In this document: positions 17,603-26,409 of the stretch, one piece after another
Numbering within the stretch: the first letter of the stretch is position 1
How the letters are laid out: the number at the start of each line of letters is the position of its first letter
Assembly: GCA_016183305.1 (NCBI GenBank)
Contig: JACPEW010000018.1
Coordinates: 2,280 to 66,279, forward strand
From: Candidatus Daviesbacteria bacterium
GTDB lineage: Bacteria; Patescibacteriota; Microgenomatia; Daviesbacterales; UBA10151
Length of the DNA stretch: 64,000 nucleotides
Direction of reading: 5' to 3'
Made by a program: the position numbers and the translations under genes
The notes under the pieces: generated by a model
What the model was told of the DNA's origin: nothing
The model's input: the letters and a program-made list of their open reading frames with translations, nothing else
The model's database searches: none

Positions 17603-19072
17603 ATGAATTCAAATCCAGAACTTAAAGCTGTTGTAATACAAGGTGGTATGGGAGTTGGTGTTTCCAGGTATCCCTTAACAAGAGCAGTTTCTCTGGCAGG
17701 AGAAAAATTAGGGGTTCCAATCATGGGAACCTTGTCTGGAACAGGAATCGGACCGGTAGTTGCAAGGATATTGCAAAATGGTGATCCAGGGGGACATTAC
17801 CAAAGAGCTTTCGAAGCTTTCCCGAATCAGAAAATGGCAGAGCATGTTTGGAATACATATTATATCGAAGGTGGAAAAGCTGCGGATAAGTCATATAAAC
17901 CAACTCCGATGGTGAATTTTGTGCTAGGTCAGAATGTTGCAGAGCTAATAATTTGTGCTAACTTTGCAGAGGTTTGGTTAGGTAAGCAAGATCATAATCG
18001 GCCAATAGCTATTAATTACCTTGAAAAGATACAAACACCCCACCTTCCGGAGCTTTATGGTGCGATGTTGGCCGGAGTGGATGTTGTGATAATGGGAGCA
18101 GGGATTCCGGATCAGGTGCCAGGTGTCTTGGATAAGTTTTCCAGAGGTCAACCGGCGTCGTATCTGATAGATGTGGATGGAAAGAGATTACCGGAGAATG
18201 CAATGATATTTAACCCTTCTGTATATACTCATGTCACTCAGTTAAAGCGCCCAGATTTTTATGCCATTGTAGCTTCCAATGTTTTAGCTAAGGTTCTCAA
18301 AGTAAGACAAAAAAATATTGGAGGAGTGAATGGATTCATTGTAGAAAATTCTAAAGCAGGAGGACATAATGCGCCTCCAAGAGAAAAGAACCAATTTAAC
18401 AAAAGAGGTGAGCCTGTTTATGGGCCAAAGGATGAAGTTAATCTAAAAGAACTGGCAAATTTAAATGTACCATTTTGGTTGGCAGGTGCTTATGCCGATC
18501 CTCAGAAGATAGCGGAAGCTATTGTGGCGGGTGCGTCAGGCATTCAGGCAGGTAGCATATTTGCTCTTTGTGAGGAATCAGGGTTAAGAGACGATCTAAA
18601 GCGGTCGATCATAAAACTCGCTTTTGAGGGCAAATTGGATGTTATCTCAGATCCTAGATGTTCCCCTTCCGGTTTTCCTTTTAATGTGGTACAGCTTTCG
18701 GATACTATATCTGATCCAAAAGTTTATGGGGCAAGACTCAGGATTTGTGATATAGGGTATCTCCGTCAGGCTTATAGGGAAAATGATGAGGGTGGGGTTC
18801 GTTTTCATTGTCCCGCTGAACCGGTTAAAACATATACTAAACGTGGGGGGAGGATTGAAGACACTGAGGGCAGAGTGTGTCTTTGTAACAACCTTTTCGC
18901 TGCAGCTGGTTTAGGTCAAATAAGAAACGGTGAATTAGAGCCGGCAATAGTAACCTTAGGTCATGACTGGGGATTTATTCGATATTTAATTACTAATGGA
19001 AATGGAAGGTATACAGCAGAAAATGCAATTACCTACTTATTTGGGAATCAAGCTCTGAAGGCTGCTGTTTAA
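17603..19072 (+). CDS. Nitronate monooxygenase / NPD-like FMN oxidoreductase
   Basis: GGMGVGVS, GAGIPDQ and ENSKAGGHN segments. The composition is visibly GC-richer than the neighbours. Confidence 0.65.
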   Translation: MNSNPELKAVVIQGGMGVGVSRYPLTRAVSLAGEKLGVPIMGTLSGTGIGPVVARILQNGDPGGHYQRAFEAFPNQKMAEHVWNTYYIEGGKAADKSYKPTPMVNFVLGQNVAELIICANFAEVWLGKQDHNRPIAINYLEKIQTPHLPELYGAMLAGVDVVIMGAGIPDQVPGVLDKFSRGQPASYLIDVDGKRLPENAMIFNPSVYTHVTQLKRPDFYAIVASNVLAKVLKVRQKNIGGVNGFIVENSKAGGHNAPPREKNQFNKRGEPVYGPKDEVNLKELANLNVPFWLAGAYADPQKIAEAIVAGASGIQAGSIFALCEESGLRDDLKRSIIKLAFEGKLDVISDPRCSPSGFPFNVVQLSDTISDPKVYGARLRICDIGYLRQAYRENDEGGVRFHCPAEPVKTYTKRGGRIEDTEGRVCLCNNLFAAAGLGQIRNGELEPAIVTLGHDWGFIRYLITNGNGRYTAENAITYLFGNQALKAAV

Positions 19073-19268
19073 TTCTGGATTGTTAAAATATTGAAGCAGT
19101 TTTTGAGTAGTTTCTGTGGGACTTTTTATTAGATACTTTTGGCCTATCCCTAAGCCAATAAAAAAACTACCAGTAAGATCAGGAAATTTTTACCAAAGGC
19201 TTTGGGGTTAAGTTTATTGAACATATTGTCAGCTTGTTAAAATTGTACTAAAGTATTGTAAATTACTT

Positions 19269-20177
19269 ATGGATATTTTATCAATAGTTTTAATTGTGGC
19301 AGGTTTGGTTTTATTTGAGACTATCTCTTCAGTTGATAATGCAGTGATTAATGCTGAAGTTTTATCCACCATGAGCAAAAGGGCCAGAAGATGGTTTCTT
19401 TTGTGGGGGCTTTTACTGGCTGTTTTTTTACTCAGAGGTTTATTGCCATGGGGTATTCTTTGGGCTACTAATCCAGGGCTAGGTCCAATTGGAGCATTTG
19501 GAGCAGCTTTAAGTTCAGATCCTAAAGTGGTAGAGGCAATTGAGAAATCCTCCCCTATTTTACTGTCAGGAGGAGGAATATTTTTGATATTTCTTTTTTT
19601 CCACTGGTTATTTTTGGAACCAAAAAACTACGGATTAAAAAGTGAAAGGTTTTTCCATTCCCAAGGGGTGTGGTTTTATGCTGTGGTCTCAATTATTTTA
19701 GCTGTGATAGTCTGGTTTGCCCTGCAGGAAAACCCTTTCATGGCCTTTGGAGCAGTAGTAGGATCAACAGCCTTTTTTATAACTCATGGGTTTAAGGAAA
19801 ATGCGGCAGCAGAGGAAAAGAAACTTCTTTCTACCAGCAGAAGTGATTTTAGTAAGATTCTGTATTTGGAAGTGATAGATGCCACCTTTTCTATAGATGG
19901 AGTGATCGGAGCATTTGCTTTTACCCTCTCTGTACCGCTTATTTTATTAGGTAATGGTATTGGGGCTTTTGTTGTCAGGCAGTTAACTATTGGTAATATT
20001 GACAGGATTAAAAAATATATTTATTTAAAAAACGGGGCAATGTATTCTATCCTTTCCTTGGGAATAATCATGATTTTAGATAGTTTTGGTTTTCATATTC
20101 CATCCTGGTTTACTCCTGTTGTGACAGCAATAATTGTGGGCTATTTCTTACTCAAATCCAGAAAAGCTATTGCTTAG
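19269..20177 (+). CDS. DUF475/TerC-like integral membrane protein
   Basis: ETISSVDNAVINAEVL and a second FSIDGVIGAF repeat. Confidence 0.55.
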   Translation: MDILSIVLIVAGLVLFETISSVDNAVINAEVLSTMSKRARRWFLLWGLLLAVFLLRGLLPWGILWATNPGLGPIGAFGAALSSDPKVVEAIEKSSPILLSGGGIFLIFLFFHWLFLEPKNYGLKSERFFHSQGVWFYAVVSIILAVIVWFALQENPFMAFGAVVGSTAFFITHGFKENAAAEEKKLLSTSRSDFSKILYLEVIDATFSIDGVIGAFAFTLSVPLILLGNGIGAFVVRQLTIGNIDRIKKYIYLKNGAMYSILSLGIIMILDSFGFHIPSWFTPVVTAIIVGYFLLKSRKAIA

Positions 20178-21639
20178 TTAGCACCACCATAAAATTATCC
20201 AAATAAACTGCTTTCCAGGTATTATCTTGGGCAACAGAAGCTAAAAAGGACCTGCCCCAAGGGGTTTGGTCTGTAATAGAAAAAATTATAGTTTTAAAAT
20301 TATATTGTTTTTCTAGATTTTTAAATTGGGAATAATCTGCCTGGGTTGGTATATATACTTCAGAAAAGAATTTTGCAGGATAAGCCTCTGGTCTGCCATC
20401 CACAAAAACCTGGTATTTGGGATATCCCCGGTAAATAATATAACTGCCTATATCAAAATTATTATAGATAGGTCCTGGTAAATTATTACTTAAGGTAAAA
20501 TCTAAAGCTTTTTTACCACTTTCCACAAACCTTAAATTGGGAAATTGGTTTGTTTTAAAATTATTAAGAGTAGTTATGATAAGAAGTATAGCTGTGATTA
20601 CTGTGGCAGTTTTGGTTAACCAATTTGATTTTAAAGGACCAAAGTTTTGTAAAACAGCTGGTAAGGACAAAAACACCAGATATGGAAAGCTTCTGACATT
20701 TAATGAAGCTAAAGCAGCACCAAAAGCAGCCAGTAAAATATTCTTAATCAATCCTTTTTTGTCATCCTGGACGATTAGTAAAGGATCCCTAGATTTTTTA
20801 ATCTTGAGATTCCTCACTATATCCGGAATGACGACTAGTATTGATAACAAGATAATTCCTAAGCTTATCTTTACCCAAATAAAATTAGGATTCTGGAAGT
20901 CAATACTTTCTAGTAGAAAGATGGTTTGGTTTTCTACAATGGTATAGCCATAGTTTTTAGTCACATTAAGAGGATAAAGAAATCCAGCTAAGCCATTTGG
21001 GTTAACTAAACTTGTTAATACTGATAGTATAAGAATAATAACTGATATCTTTAGCTTCCCACTTCCGATGTGGGAATGTAGTTTTTGGTAGGTTAAGTCA
21101 ATTAGAAAAATGGCCTGTAAGATTAGACCTACAAAAAAGTATATATGAGTATTAACCCAGATTAATTGGATAAAGGGTAATAAAAACACCAGCTTTGTAG
21201 GCCCTCTTAAATATTTTTCCAAAATATAACAAGTGCTAACAGTAAACAAAAAGCTAAAAAATTCTGGCCTTAGTTCTATTCTTTCCCTTAAAGTATGGAA
21301 AAAAATAAAACCTATAGGTAAAAGCAGAATAGAGTTATTTTTTGGGACCATTTTTAATATTAACCAAACTGAAGTTAGATAAATAACTAACTTGAAGACT
21401 AATAGAAAGTTAAGATTAATCTGGCTTACTAAATAAGTCCAAACTTCAAATAACCAATGGGTATTAATAAAAGGAAAATTAGGGTTAGTATAGGAAAAAA
21501 GGTTGGTTGTAGGAACAGCCTTTGTCTGCCAAATTACCTCCCCAAGTTTTAAATGTCTCCCTAAATCCTGGTCAAAAGAATAATCTGGCTTAAATATAAA
21601 AGAAAAAACAAAGAAAGTTAGGAGAATTTTAACCCGCAT
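20167..21639 (-). CDS. Polytopic membrane protein with C-terminal soluble domain (possible GT-C-like), carrying a palindromic-element insert
   Basis: About 10 hydrophobic helices. The repeat at 20761..20832 encodes VIPDIVRNLKIKKSRDPLLIVQDD in frame. Confidence 0.4.
   Translation of the reverse strand: MRVKILLTFFVFSFIFKPDYSFDQDLGRHLKLGEVIWQTKAVPTTNLFSYTNPNFPFINTHWLFEVWTYLVSQINLNFLLVFKLVIYLTSVWLILKMVPKNNSILLLPIGFIFFHTLRERIELRPEFFSFLFTVSTCYILEKYLRGPTKLVFLLPFIQLIWVNTHIYFFVGLILQAIFLIDLTYQKLHSHIGSGKLKISVIILILSVLTSLVNPNGLAGFLYPLNVTKNYGYTIVENQTIFLLESIDFQNPNFIWVKISLGIILLSILVVIPDIVRNLKIKKSRDPLLIVQDDKKGLIKNILLAAFGAALASLNVRSFPYLVFLSLPAVLQNFGPLKSNWLTKTATVITAILLIITTLNNFKTNQFPNLRFVESGKKALDFTLSNNLPGPIYNNFDIGSYIIYRGYPKYQVFVDGRPEAYPAKFFSEVYIPTQADYSQFKNLEKQYNFKTIIFSITDQTPWGRSFLASVAQDNTWKAVYLDNFMVVLTKQ
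20761..20832. repeat. Palindromic element copy inside a membrane-protein CDS (72 nt)
   Basis: GTCATCCTGGACG...AATCTTGAGATTCCTCAC...TCCGGAATGAC. Confidence 0.75.
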
Positions 21640-21661
21640 TTAAAAATTGTACCATGAAAGC

Positions 21662-21693
21662 CTGCGTGATAGCTTGCGTGATTATTGCGTGAT
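21662..21693 (+). repeat. 32-bp triple-9-mer block upstream of fic-1
   Basis: CTGCGTGAT-AGC-TTGCGTGAT-TA-TTGCGTGAT. It overlaps the TATAAT at 21693..21698. Confidence 0.7.
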
Positions 21694-21706
21694 ATAATAT
21701 AGATAT

Positions 21707-22765
21707 ATGTTAGAACCTATCTATAATATTACTTCTACCATACTTTCCCGGATTGCAGAAATTGCTGAAATAAAAGCAGCTGTGGAAAGGTCCAGGGTAC
21801 TACCTTTAAATGAAGCACAGCTCAGAAGGCAGGCAATCCTCAGGATGGCTCATACTTCTACTTCTATTGAAGGCAACAAATTAGCCCAATTTGAAGTAGG
21901 AAAAGTTTTGGAAGGTAAAACAGTCAGGGCTTCCCAAAAAGATATTTTGGAGGTAGAAAACTATTATAGTGCTTTAAAACTGTTGGATGAGCTGTCTAAG
22001 AAAAAAGGTGATATTGCTGAGCAGGAAGTTTTAAGCTTGCATAAAGCAGTAGTCAGTGGTTTAGCGGACAAGGAAAAGGTTGGTAATTTTAGACCTGCAG
22101 ATGTGTATGTGCTTGATGATCTAGGTGATGGCAGAGAGATGCTAAGATTTAAGGCCCCCCCAGCCCCGGAGGTAAAGAAATTAATAGCAGACTTATTAGA
22201 GTGGTTAAAGGAATCAAAAAAGCAAGATTTACATCCTGTGATTAGGGCAGGCATCCTACATTTACAATTTGTGACTATCCACCCTTTTACTGATGGCAAT
22301 GGCAGGGTGGCCAGATTACTCACTCAGCTCCAGTTATACAGGGATAATTGGGATTTTAGAAAGATTTTAGTTTTAGAAGATTATTATAACCGGAACAGGA
22401 TGTCTTACTATAATGCTGAAAATAAATCTCAGGGTAGAAACTATCAGAAAGATATGGATTTTACCCCGTGGTTAGAATACTTTACCACTGGGTTTTTAGT
22501 AGAAGCTAGAAAAGCTTTGGAACAAATTCAATCAATTGGTTATGGAAAAGTCAGTAAAAAGAGTGAGCAAATATTTTTGGATAGGGATGAGATTCAGATT
22601 ATGGATTTTTTAACTACCACAGGCAGAATTACTTCTGAGGATGTGGTGGATATTTTAAAGCTAGCCAAAAGAAGTGCTCAGCTTAAGCTAAAAGGATTAT
22701 TGGATAAGAAATTAATTGAATCCCAAGGTAAAGGTCCCAGTACCTATTATATTATTGCACGATAA
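21707..22765 (+). CDS. fic: Fic family protein (class II type, N-terminal inhibitory motif, C-terminal wHTH-like region)
   Basis: HPFTDGNGRVARLL is the Fic motif, and TSTSIEGN matches the (S/T)xxxE(G/N) inhibitory helix. Confidence 0.9.
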   Translation: MLEPIYNITSTILSRIAEIAEIKAAVERSRVLPLNEAQLRRQAILRMAHTSTSIEGNKLAQFEVGKVLEGKTVRASQKDILEVENYYSALKLLDELSKKKGDIAEQEVLSLHKAVVSGLADKEKVGNFRPADVYVLDDLGDGREMLRFKAPPAPEVKKLIADLLEWLKESKKQDLHPVIRAGILHLQFVTIHPFTDGNGRVARLLTQLQLYRDNWDFRKILVLEDYYNRNRMSYYNAENKSQGRNYQKDMDFTPWLEYFTTGFLVEARKALEQIQSIGYGKVSKKSEQIFLDRDEIQIMDFLTTTGRITSEDVVDILKLAKRSAQLKLKGLLDKKLIESQGKGPSTYYIIAR

Positions 22766-22786
22766 ATTGCGGGATTATTGCGCGAT
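22755..22786 (+). repeat. 32-bp triple-9-mer block at the fic-1 3' end
   Basis: TTGCACGAT-AAA-TTGCGGGAT-TA-TTGCGCGAT. The spacing is the same as in the upstream block, and 25 of 32 positions are identical by my alignment. Confidence 0.7.
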
Positions 22787-22865
22787 TATTTAAACACACT
22801 TGCTTTTTACTAATCCGTATGGGACAATTTAGGGGTGAGTAGAGTGCATTTAGTGTTTTTACAGT

Positions 22866-22903
22866 AATTCACCTCCACAGAAAAAAAGAAAGAGAGGTGA
22901 ATT
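22866..22903 (+). promoter_or_regulatory. SD-sequestering hairpin in the 5' leader of the RRM protein gene
   Basis: A perfect 10-bp stem forms between AATTCACCTC (22866..22875) and GAGGTGAATT (22894..22903). The 3' arm contains the GAGGTGA ribosome-binding site, 4 nt from the TTG start. Confidence 0.55.
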
Positions 22904-22906
22904 TTT

Positions 22907-23167
22907 TTGAATAACAAGAAATTATTTGTTGGTTCTTTACCGTGGGCTGTTGATGATGCCAGACTTGCTGAGATTTTTGCTCAGGCTGGTAATGTTGTTT
23001 CAGCACAGGTTGTTAAAGACCGTGAAACAGGCAGATCCAGAGGATTTGGTTTCGTTGAGATGTCTACTGATGAAGAAGCTCAAAACGCAGTCAAGAACTT
23101 AAATGGCAGTGATATTGAAGGTCGCAAGATCGTTGTTAATATCGCTCGTCCAAGAGAGGACCGGTAA
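22907..23167 (+). CDS. RRM-type RNA-binding protein
   Basis: KLFVGSLPW (RNP2) and RGFGFVEM (RNP1). Confidence 0.9.
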   Translation: MNNKKLFVGSLPWAVDDARLAEIFAQAGNVVSAQVVKDRETGRSRGFGFVEMSTDEEAQNAVKNLNGSDIEGRKIVVNIARPREDR

Positions 23168-23195
23168 TTGTTTCATTAAATTTGAAACAAGGAAA

Positions 23196-23225
23196 AGAGG
23201 CTGGAGAAATCTGGCCTCTTTTTTA
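23196..23225 (+). terminator. Rho-independent terminator after the RRM gene
   Basis: AGAGGC...GCCTCT stem followed by a T-run. Confidence 0.7.
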
Positions 23226-23891
23226 ATGGGTAGCTAGATCCAGTTTAGGAAGAAGTTTTTTGGCAGCCAGGTAATTTAAAGTAAATTTAACCAGTAAATA
23301 AGAGGCAGCTATACCTGAGGCAAATAACAACCTTTCCGCAATTACAACTGGGATTAATCCCTTCCAGACTGCAGCTGGAAGATTAAAAGCCCAGATCCAG
23401 ACTGCTCCACCTACTGCATGAGCTGTAAAGGTTGAGCCTAAGCTTTTGATAAATAAGTTATCTCTTTTAAAGTAAGCAAGGATAGGGATTATCCAAAACA
23501 TTAAGGCATAATAAGGAACCTGTCTGCCTATTGGGTGTGCTATAAAAGCTAAGATGCAAAGGAGAGGAACTGTCAGGAGCCATTTGCCTTGGTATTTTTT
23601 GTTAGTGATGATGGCAAAATAGGCTACAGCAAATAGAGTTGGAAATAACCTTATAACAGCTCCTGTGGTAAGCGGTGTTTGTTTTATGAACAAATTAATC
23701 ACTTCTACTGCAAAGACTGAAGCTATACCCAAGACCGGTCCCAAAAAGCCTCCTGCCATTGGACCAAAGAAATCAAAAAGAGTAAAGGAAACATTTGAAC
23801 CCATGATCTTATTAAAAGGAATTTGTAAGCTGATAAAGCCTACTATAGAAAAAAGCGCTAAAAAGAATAGTTTTTTCCTGGTGTTTAACAT
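23223..23891 (-). CDS. Polytopic membrane protein, unknown function
   Basis: Six or more TM helices. The start is set at MLNTRKK because the longer ORF runs into tRNA-Leu. Confidence 0.45.
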   Translation of the reverse strand: MLNTRKKLFFLALFSIVGFISLQIPFNKIMGSNVSFTLFDFFGPMAGGFLGPVLGIASVFAVEVINLFIKQTPLTTGAVIRLFPTLFAVAYFAIITNKKYQGKWLLTVPLLCILAFIAHPIGRQVPYYALMFWIIPILAYFKRDNLFIKSLGSTFTAHAVGGAVWIWAFNLPAAVWKGLIPVVIAERLLFASGIAASYLLVKFTLNYLAAKKLLPKLDLATH

Positions 23892-23956
23892 TGGAGACCT
23901 TAAGATAATAGAACTGCTTCCAATTGTCAATAGTTTTTTGGTACAATACCTTGCAT

Positions 23957-24038
23957 GCTGGTGTGGTGGAATGGCATACACGCTCGCCTTAAGAGCGAGT
24001 GCCCAAAAGGCATAAGGGTTCGACTCCCTTCACCAGCA
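23957..24038 (+). tRNA. tRNA-Leu (anticodon TAA)
   Basis: Acceptor GCTGGTG/CACCAGC, anticodon loop CTTAAGA, a long variable arm and T-loop TTCGACT. Confidence 0.9.
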
Positions 24039-24048
24039 CTTTATATTA

Positions 24049-24120
24049 CGGGGTGTAGGTCACCGGTAGACCGCCGCGTTTGGGACGCGGATGTAGTGAG
24101 TTCAATTCTCGCCACCCCGA
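24049..24120 (+). tRNA. tRNA-Pro (anticodon TGG)
   Basis: Acceptor CGGGGTG/CACCCCG, anticodon stem CCGCG/CGCGG with loop TTTGGGA, and T-loop TTCAATT. Confidence 0.85.
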
Positions 24121-24213
24121 CAGTAGAGTAATTCAGGTTCTTCCAATTCATTGGAAGGTTCTAAATTATTTGGTGATAGGAGAATTCTGAGATTTTGAGC
24201 CTAAACTGCTATT

Positions 24214-24486
24214 TTATTCCTTACTGGGGGAGTATTTTATCCAGGTTTTTTTGATAAAGGGTAAAGTTAGGGTAGATAATAAAAAAGCTATACTGGGTAT
24301 AATAGCATTTAGCCAAGGCCTATCAATATTTATTGAATTCATATAAAAACCAACTGCCAAATAAGTAAAGAGGGCAATTACAAATTTTCTAGTCCAGCTT
24401 GTTTCCCAGGCTTTATCTTTTTCTACTTTTTTGTTTCTTCCCTCAATTGTAGATATTCTTTGTCCTAACTCTTCTAAGCTACTCAT
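24214..24486 (-). CDS. Small membrane protein
   Basis: 90 aa with two hydrophobic helices. Its start overlaps the pyrD stop by 4 nt. Confidence 0.45.
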   Translation of the reverse strand: MSSLEELGQRISTIEGRNKKVEKDKAWETSWTRKFVIALFTYLAVGFYMNSINIDRPWLNAIIPSIAFLLSTLTLPFIKKTWIKYSPSKE

Positions 24487-25607
24487 ACTTCATATCTTAG
24501 CATACCTACTGCCTGGGAGATATTGGTATAACCATCTTTTTTAAGGAGCTTAACTAAGCCTTGGTTGATTTCAGAAATTAGTTGTGGGCCCTGGAAGATC
24601 ATGCCTGTAATTAGTTCTACTAAAGAAGCCCCTAATTTAATCTTTCTATAAGCATCTTCTGCTGAAAATATCCCCCCCACTCCAATAATAATATATTTAC
24701 CCTTGGTTTTTTGGTAGATCCTTTGGATTTGATGGTTAGATAATTGCTCAACCAGCTTACCGCTCAGTCCCCCATCTTTTGGCACTACCCTATCAGAAAT
24801 TTTGTTTGTCCTGGGTTTAGTTAGATTTGAGCAGGTAAAACCATCTATCTTGTGTTTTTTAACAACTTCTAAAATTTTATCAAGCTGGTTATCAGTTAAA
24901 TCAGGAGGCATTTTAATAAAAATAGGTTTTTTAGTAGGAATTTTAGTAATTTGTTTTAATAGTACATCTAGTTTTTGTGGATCAGAAAAAGGCAAGCCTC
25001 CATAAGCATTTGGGCAGCTGATATTTATCTCAAAAATATCCCCAATACCAGTAAAATATTGATAGGCTTTAACATAATCTTTTATACCAGCATCTATCTC
25101 AACAGTACCAAGGCTATTGGTTTTACCAATGCTGGTAATAACAGGAAAAGCAAAATCTTTTCCTTGTAGCCTTTTAGAAATTCTTTCAGCTCCATCATTT
25201 TTTAAGCCATAATTTACTATCAAACTTCTAGAGTTTTTTAATCTCCAGAGCCTGGGCCTGAGATTACCCTTACAAGCCTCACCAGTTATAGTCCCTATTT
25301 CAGCAAAGCCAAAACCAACTGAAGGTAAAATATTAGTCAGTCTGGCATCTTTATCAAATCCAGCAGATAAACCAACAGGATTTTTAAATTTTATCCCTAA
25401 GATTTTCTGTTCCAAAGCAGGATGGGAATAAGAAAATAATAAGCTGGTTAGCTTTCTGGTTAAGCTATTACCCCCCAAAAACCTACCTGCCAAAGTCATA
25501 CCACCATGAATATTCTCAGGTTCAACTAAAAAGAATAAAGGCTTTAATAGGTTTTTATAACAAAAGCTTAATATTCTATTCCTTAGAAAAACAATAACTT
25601 CAATCAT
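24483..25607 (-). CDS. pyrD: Dihydroorotate dehydrogenase (quinone-type, class 2)
   Basis: NPVGLSAGFDKDA, FEINISCPNA, GGLSG and IGVGGI motifs. Confidence 0.85.
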   Translation of the reverse strand: MIEVIVFLRNRILSFCYKNLLKPLFFLVEPENIHGGMTLAGRFLGGNSLTRKLTSLLFSYSHPALEQKILGIKFKNPVGLSAGFDKDARLTNILPSVGFGFAEIGTITGEACKGNLRPRLWRLKNSRSLIVNYGLKNDGAERISKRLQGKDFAFPVITSIGKTNSLGTVEIDAGIKDYVKAYQYFTGIGDIFEINISCPNAYGGLPFSDPQKLDVLLKQITKIPTKKPIFIKMPPDLTDNQLDKILEVVKKHKIDGFTCSNLTKPRTNKISDRVVPKDGGLSGKLVEQLSNHQIQRIYQKTKGKYIIIGVGGIFSAEDAYRKIKLGASLVELITGMIFQGPQLISEINQGLVKLLKKDGYTNISQAVGMLRYEV

Positions 25608-25626
25608 AGGTATATTTTAGAACATC

Positions 25627-25655
25627 TTGTGAACTTTTGATACTTTAGTTAGAAT
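25627..25655 (+). promoter_or_regulatory. Candidate promoter of tRNA-Gly (TTGTGA-17-TAGAAT)
   Basis: The hexamers are spaced 17 nt apart, and the -10 element ends 10 nt before the tRNA 5' end. Confidence 0.45.
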
Positions 25656-25665
25656 ATACAGGAAT

Positions 25666-25740
25666 GCGGGATTAGTTCACCGGTAGAACGACTGCTTTCC
25701 AAGCAGTATGTAAGGGGTTCAATTCCCCTATCCCGCTCCA
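25666..25740 (+). tRNA. tRNA-Gly (anticodon TCC), CCA encoded
   Basis: Acceptor GCGGGAT/ATCCCGC, anticodon loop TTTCCAA, T-loop TTCAATT and a terminal CCA. Confidence 0.9.
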
Positions 25741-26016
25741 GACGAATTTTATCGAACTGACAACTTTTAACTTCGAAAAGTTGATAAAATTAGTCAAAAT
25801 TCGATCCTATAACCTTATACCCTAACGGGAATCGAACTAGCCACAAATTCGCTATCTCTTATCTTGCTTAGACTCTTCAAAACCACCCATCCATTCTGAC
25901 CCATAAAAATGCGTCATAACTGCGCATGCCAGCAAATATACCACTTCCTGTATTTCCCTTAGTTCATCTTCTGATGAATTAGGATAATATTTTCTAATCA
26001 CATCAAGTGGTAGCAT
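25741..26016. repeat. Module left-end repeat, copy A (homologous to 28041..28315)
   Basis: The two copies share (A)TCGAACT..., ...CCCTAACGGGAATCGAACTAGCC... and a conserved 54-aa reverse ORF. Confidence 0.7.
25852..26016 (-). CDS. Conserved 54-aa protein, copy 1
   Basis: ATG preceded by a GGAGG site. It encodes MLPLDVIRKYYPNSSEDELREIQEVVYLLACAVM... and is a paralog of 28151..28315. Confidence 0.45.
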   Translation of the reverse strand: MLPLDVIRKYYPNSSEDELREIQEVVYLLACAVMTHFYGSEWMGGFEESKQDKR

Positions 26017-26067
26017 AGTAAACACTCACCTCCTCATCTACTGCAAGAAGTAAATTTTACTCAACAA

Positions 26068-26409
26068 ATGTATGCACTGGTTTTTAGAACCTGCGGAAAA
26101 TGCAAAAAAGAGAAAATTATGATATTATACAGTTCTATGGATCGTAGAAGAATTGAGCATATAACTGCTGCTTTAGCCGTATCACTCCTGTTTATTATGA
26201 CAATCGGTGCTATATTGGCGATTGCCAACACAATGTTTAATTGGGATATTTTCCCTCCTAATGTTGAGAAAGTGCTTTGGTTTCTCTTAGCCTCACTTTT
26301 GGCAATTATTGTTTCATCTGTTTTGGTTAACGTAATGATAAATTTAAGTATTATCGCCCTAAACTCTGAACGCCTTTTGAATCACAAAAAAGATTCCTAT
26401 GAGGAATGA
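26068..26409 (+). CDS. Membrane protein, unknown function
   Basis: Two or three TM helices. The start is uncertain (alternative MILYSSMD). Confidence 0.4.
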   Translation: MYALVFRTCGKCKKEKIMILYSSMDRRRIEHITAALAVSLLFIMTIGAILAIANTMFNWDIFPPNVEKVLWFLLASLLAIIVSSVLVNVMINLSIIALNSERLLNHKKDSYEE

